Assembly: GCA_964106645.2 (NCBI GenBank)
Contig: OZ067044.1
Source of the DNA: Podarcis pityusensis
Taxonomy: Eukaryota
Length of the DNA: 64,000 bases
Reading direction: 5' to 3' (one strand)
Made by a program: the position numbers and the translations under genes. The notes below the pieces were generated by a model that had not been told where the DNA came from, made no database searches, and saw nothing but the letters and a program-made list of their open reading frames with translations. Positions 61,301-64,000 of this stretch are shown one piece after another (position 1 is the first letter of the stretch; each line of letters starts with the position of its first letter).

Positions 61301-62999
61301 CCTCACCTGTAGGGGGTTCTTCTTTTGTTCTCTCTTGCTGTACCATCTTCTGCCCCTGAACATTCCAAATAACCCACCCTTGAAGCTTTATAAAATCAAA
61401 AATACATGAGCTGAGACAATCTGCATCGCTTCCCACACAAGTATTGGCTGAGTGGGATAGTACACAAAGGGATGGTGGGGCAACAATTTAGGACTTTGCT
61501 CATTCAGCCTCTTCCTTTACCCTGCATGGTCAGGATTTGCTTTACTTTAGGAAGAAGTTATTCTTCCAGTAACAGCACCTTTCTGAATAGGACTCTGAAG
61601 AGAGCATTTTAAAACTCGTTTCCAGGCTCTGTCTCACAACTGTTACATTCAATGAGAAAATTGCCATGCATGTCATGTGTCATTCCAGGGTAAGGAGTGT
61701 CTCCAACTACTAAATCTCTTCCTGTCTCATGGTTATTTAAAGGAAAGACAGTAGGTTTCAACAGATAGCAGTAACCTTAACTGATGCCTAAAGTTCTATT
61801 GGCCAGTTTCACTAACAAATACTGATATTTGTCTGGAGAACTGGGTGTTAGACAGTACACTGTCTCCTGCTGCACTTTTTGTTCCTATGTGCAAATAAAG
61901 GCAAAGCTTCTGTACTTCTAAGAGTTACGTAGCACAGGGAGCTGAAGCATGTCACGCACAGACGAGGAGAAAACTGCAATTGTTGAAACGGTATAGTAGT
62001 CCTGTCTTTCTTGGCATTTGGTCACAGTCCTTTGTTTAATCCGAACTACCTTGATTGTTCAAAAACCACTGCTTTTCATTATGTAAACAACCTTGATTAA
62101 CACTGCTTTCATGCAGGTGCCATTAATGTGAAGGTGTGCTTGTGGGGAGGGGAGCGAATGCTTAATCAGCTGCGACTTGAAGGATAATTGCATGCAGAAA
62201 TGTTTCTCTTCCTGTATCTCTTGCCTTTTCCCACCTGCATTTAGACTGTAAGCTCTTCTGAGCAGAGAATCTCTCTATCTGAAATGTTAAATGCTATGGA
62301 CATCTGGGGCTATAAATAACATGACCTACTTAAAAATAGCAAACTGACTTTTCTTTTTTTATATATAGTAAAACAAAAGACTGCTTTTGTGTTAATTGCC
62401 AAATGGGATGATCATGCAGTACACAACTGAGTCACAAACACTAAAAATAGCACAAGGGAGGCCGGTAGGTGCCGCCCTGGAATTAACCAGCCCATCATTG
62501 CAATTAAGAGGTTTTGGGAGAGTACCTTGGCACTCATTAATTGTGGTTGAACTATTAATACAATGCTTTTATGTTATTACCCCAGCTACGGCACAAAGAA
62601 AATTTAACTTACTTTGTTATATTGGTACTGCTAAGATGTACTTTTAAAAAACAAAACCTCAGTCTTCACTTCCTTTTCCCCCAGAAGTTGGAAGCCACTT
62701 ACCTATGAGTAAACGCTACTAAATACAAGAGGTATTATTTTGCATAAACATGCAAAGGATTGTACTATGTATCTATTGAGAAAGCGGAGCTTGTACATTA
62801 GCTTCCTTAAAGTGTTATTAGTGCATGGAGACATGGACTAACTGGAAGTACGATTTAGCAAAATAAGGTGAGGGACCCATCTTAATTGTGCAGCCTTCAA
62901 GGTGGTGATTGTAAATCTTGTGAAAACAATCAATGAAACTTAATTCTAACCTTTGGGGGAAGTTCCATTCTCATGTGTTTACATAAATAGCGGAAAAGT

Positions 63000-63128
63000 C
63001 CTCTGAAGAAGTGTGCATGCACACGAAAGCTCATACCAATAACAAACTTAGTTCGTCTCTAAGGTGCTACTGGAAGGAATTTTTTTATTTTGTTTCGACT
63101 ACGGCAGACCAACACGGCTACCTACCTG
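63000..63128 (+). mobile_element. Penelope-like pseudo-LTR with minimal hammerhead ribozyme core
   Basis: CTGAAGA-A-GTGTGCATGCACAC-GAAA-GCTC-ATACC, flanked by a 12-bp direct repeat TAGCGGAAAAGT (62988-62999, 63129-63140). Confidence 0.75.
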
Positions 63129-64000
63129 TAGCGGAAAAGTATGCAGTGGTACACACAACTTGCTCTCTGCAATATTAGAAAACGTATTGATCTGATGGAG
63201 CAATGAAGACATCGGTACAACTTTTAGAACAGGTTTTTGTTTTAATTTGTAATGCATAAACTGCATATCAGTATTACATAACAGGAAAACAAGCAGAAGA
63301 ATTCTATTGCCCTTTTCATTTACAAATGGCTACCCTGGTGCATCAGAAGCCATACAAAAACATGCACAGTGACATCACATAGGAGGAATTGAAGAACTAT
63401 ATCTTGTGCTTCCAGTTGTTTTTCTTAAAGGTATGCTGTTCCTCAACCCTGCAACTATACATAATTAAGAGGATTTTGATGGATGCAAATTTGACTGAGA
63501 ATTTTGCTTTCTAATATATAAGGTTGCACAGCTGAGATTTGAAACTTATGCCTAAAGAAAGTTATAAAATGGGATGCTAGTATGCTGATAGAATTAAGTT
63601 ATTTAACAAAGCAATAAGACTGAGCACGTTTTTTAGAGACGAATCTGCGAGTTATTTCTCCTGCCAAATATATTTCAGCTTAGTTTTACCTTTCACTATC
63701 TTTACTCCCACTCTTCTCTCAAGGAGTTCAAGCTGGTGGCTTAAATTTATCCTGATGACAGCCCTATAAGCAGGTAAGACTTTTTAAAAGAGTGGTGTAC
63801 CCAGGGCCATACATGATGGAGAAGGAATTTGAACATGCATCTCTCTATTGTTGGTGGGTAGCTTGCAAGTTGCTTTGGGCAAGGTAAAGAGACTAACAAA
63901 TTTAATTCATTAATAATAATATCAATTCACATGATGTTTGTAAATTAATTTACCCACATACACACCACAGAAATGAACACGTGTTGCTTGTTGATTTAGA

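Noticed and set aside
58400-64000. SPIRE1 3' end expected from synteny
   Set aside because: No recognisable SPIRE1 coding exon. Its UTR may be present but cannot be supported from sequence alone.

Overview
Vertebrate nuclear DNA, most likely from a squamate. Sauria SINE, Bov-B, Penelope and Tc1/mariner MITE content points to a lacertid-type lizard (inference). The window carries the conserved syntenic block CIDEA (last exon only, +), TUBB6 (4 exons, 446 aa, +), AFG3L2 (17 exons, 813 aa, -) and PRELID3A/SLMO1 (+). All exon boundaries were placed by hand on GT-AG sites with consistent phases. AFG3L2 and PRELID3A are head-to-head, with ATGs only ~2 kb apart across a CpG-rich promoter region. The most notable observation is that PRELID3A has two homologous, intact, alternative last coding exons. 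The proximal one (53210-53263) gives the mammalian PRELID3A-type C-terminus; the distal one (58274-58366) gives a PRELID3B/SLMO2-like C-terminus. Other points of interest: Penelope-derived hammerhead-ribozyme cores and a 116-bp palindrome, an RTE LINE with twin-priming 5' inversion geometry, oppositely oriented MITE pairs around AFG3L2 exons 2-6 and around its promoter, and a hairpin carrying AATAAA on both strands between the convergent TUBB6 and AFG3L2 genes.
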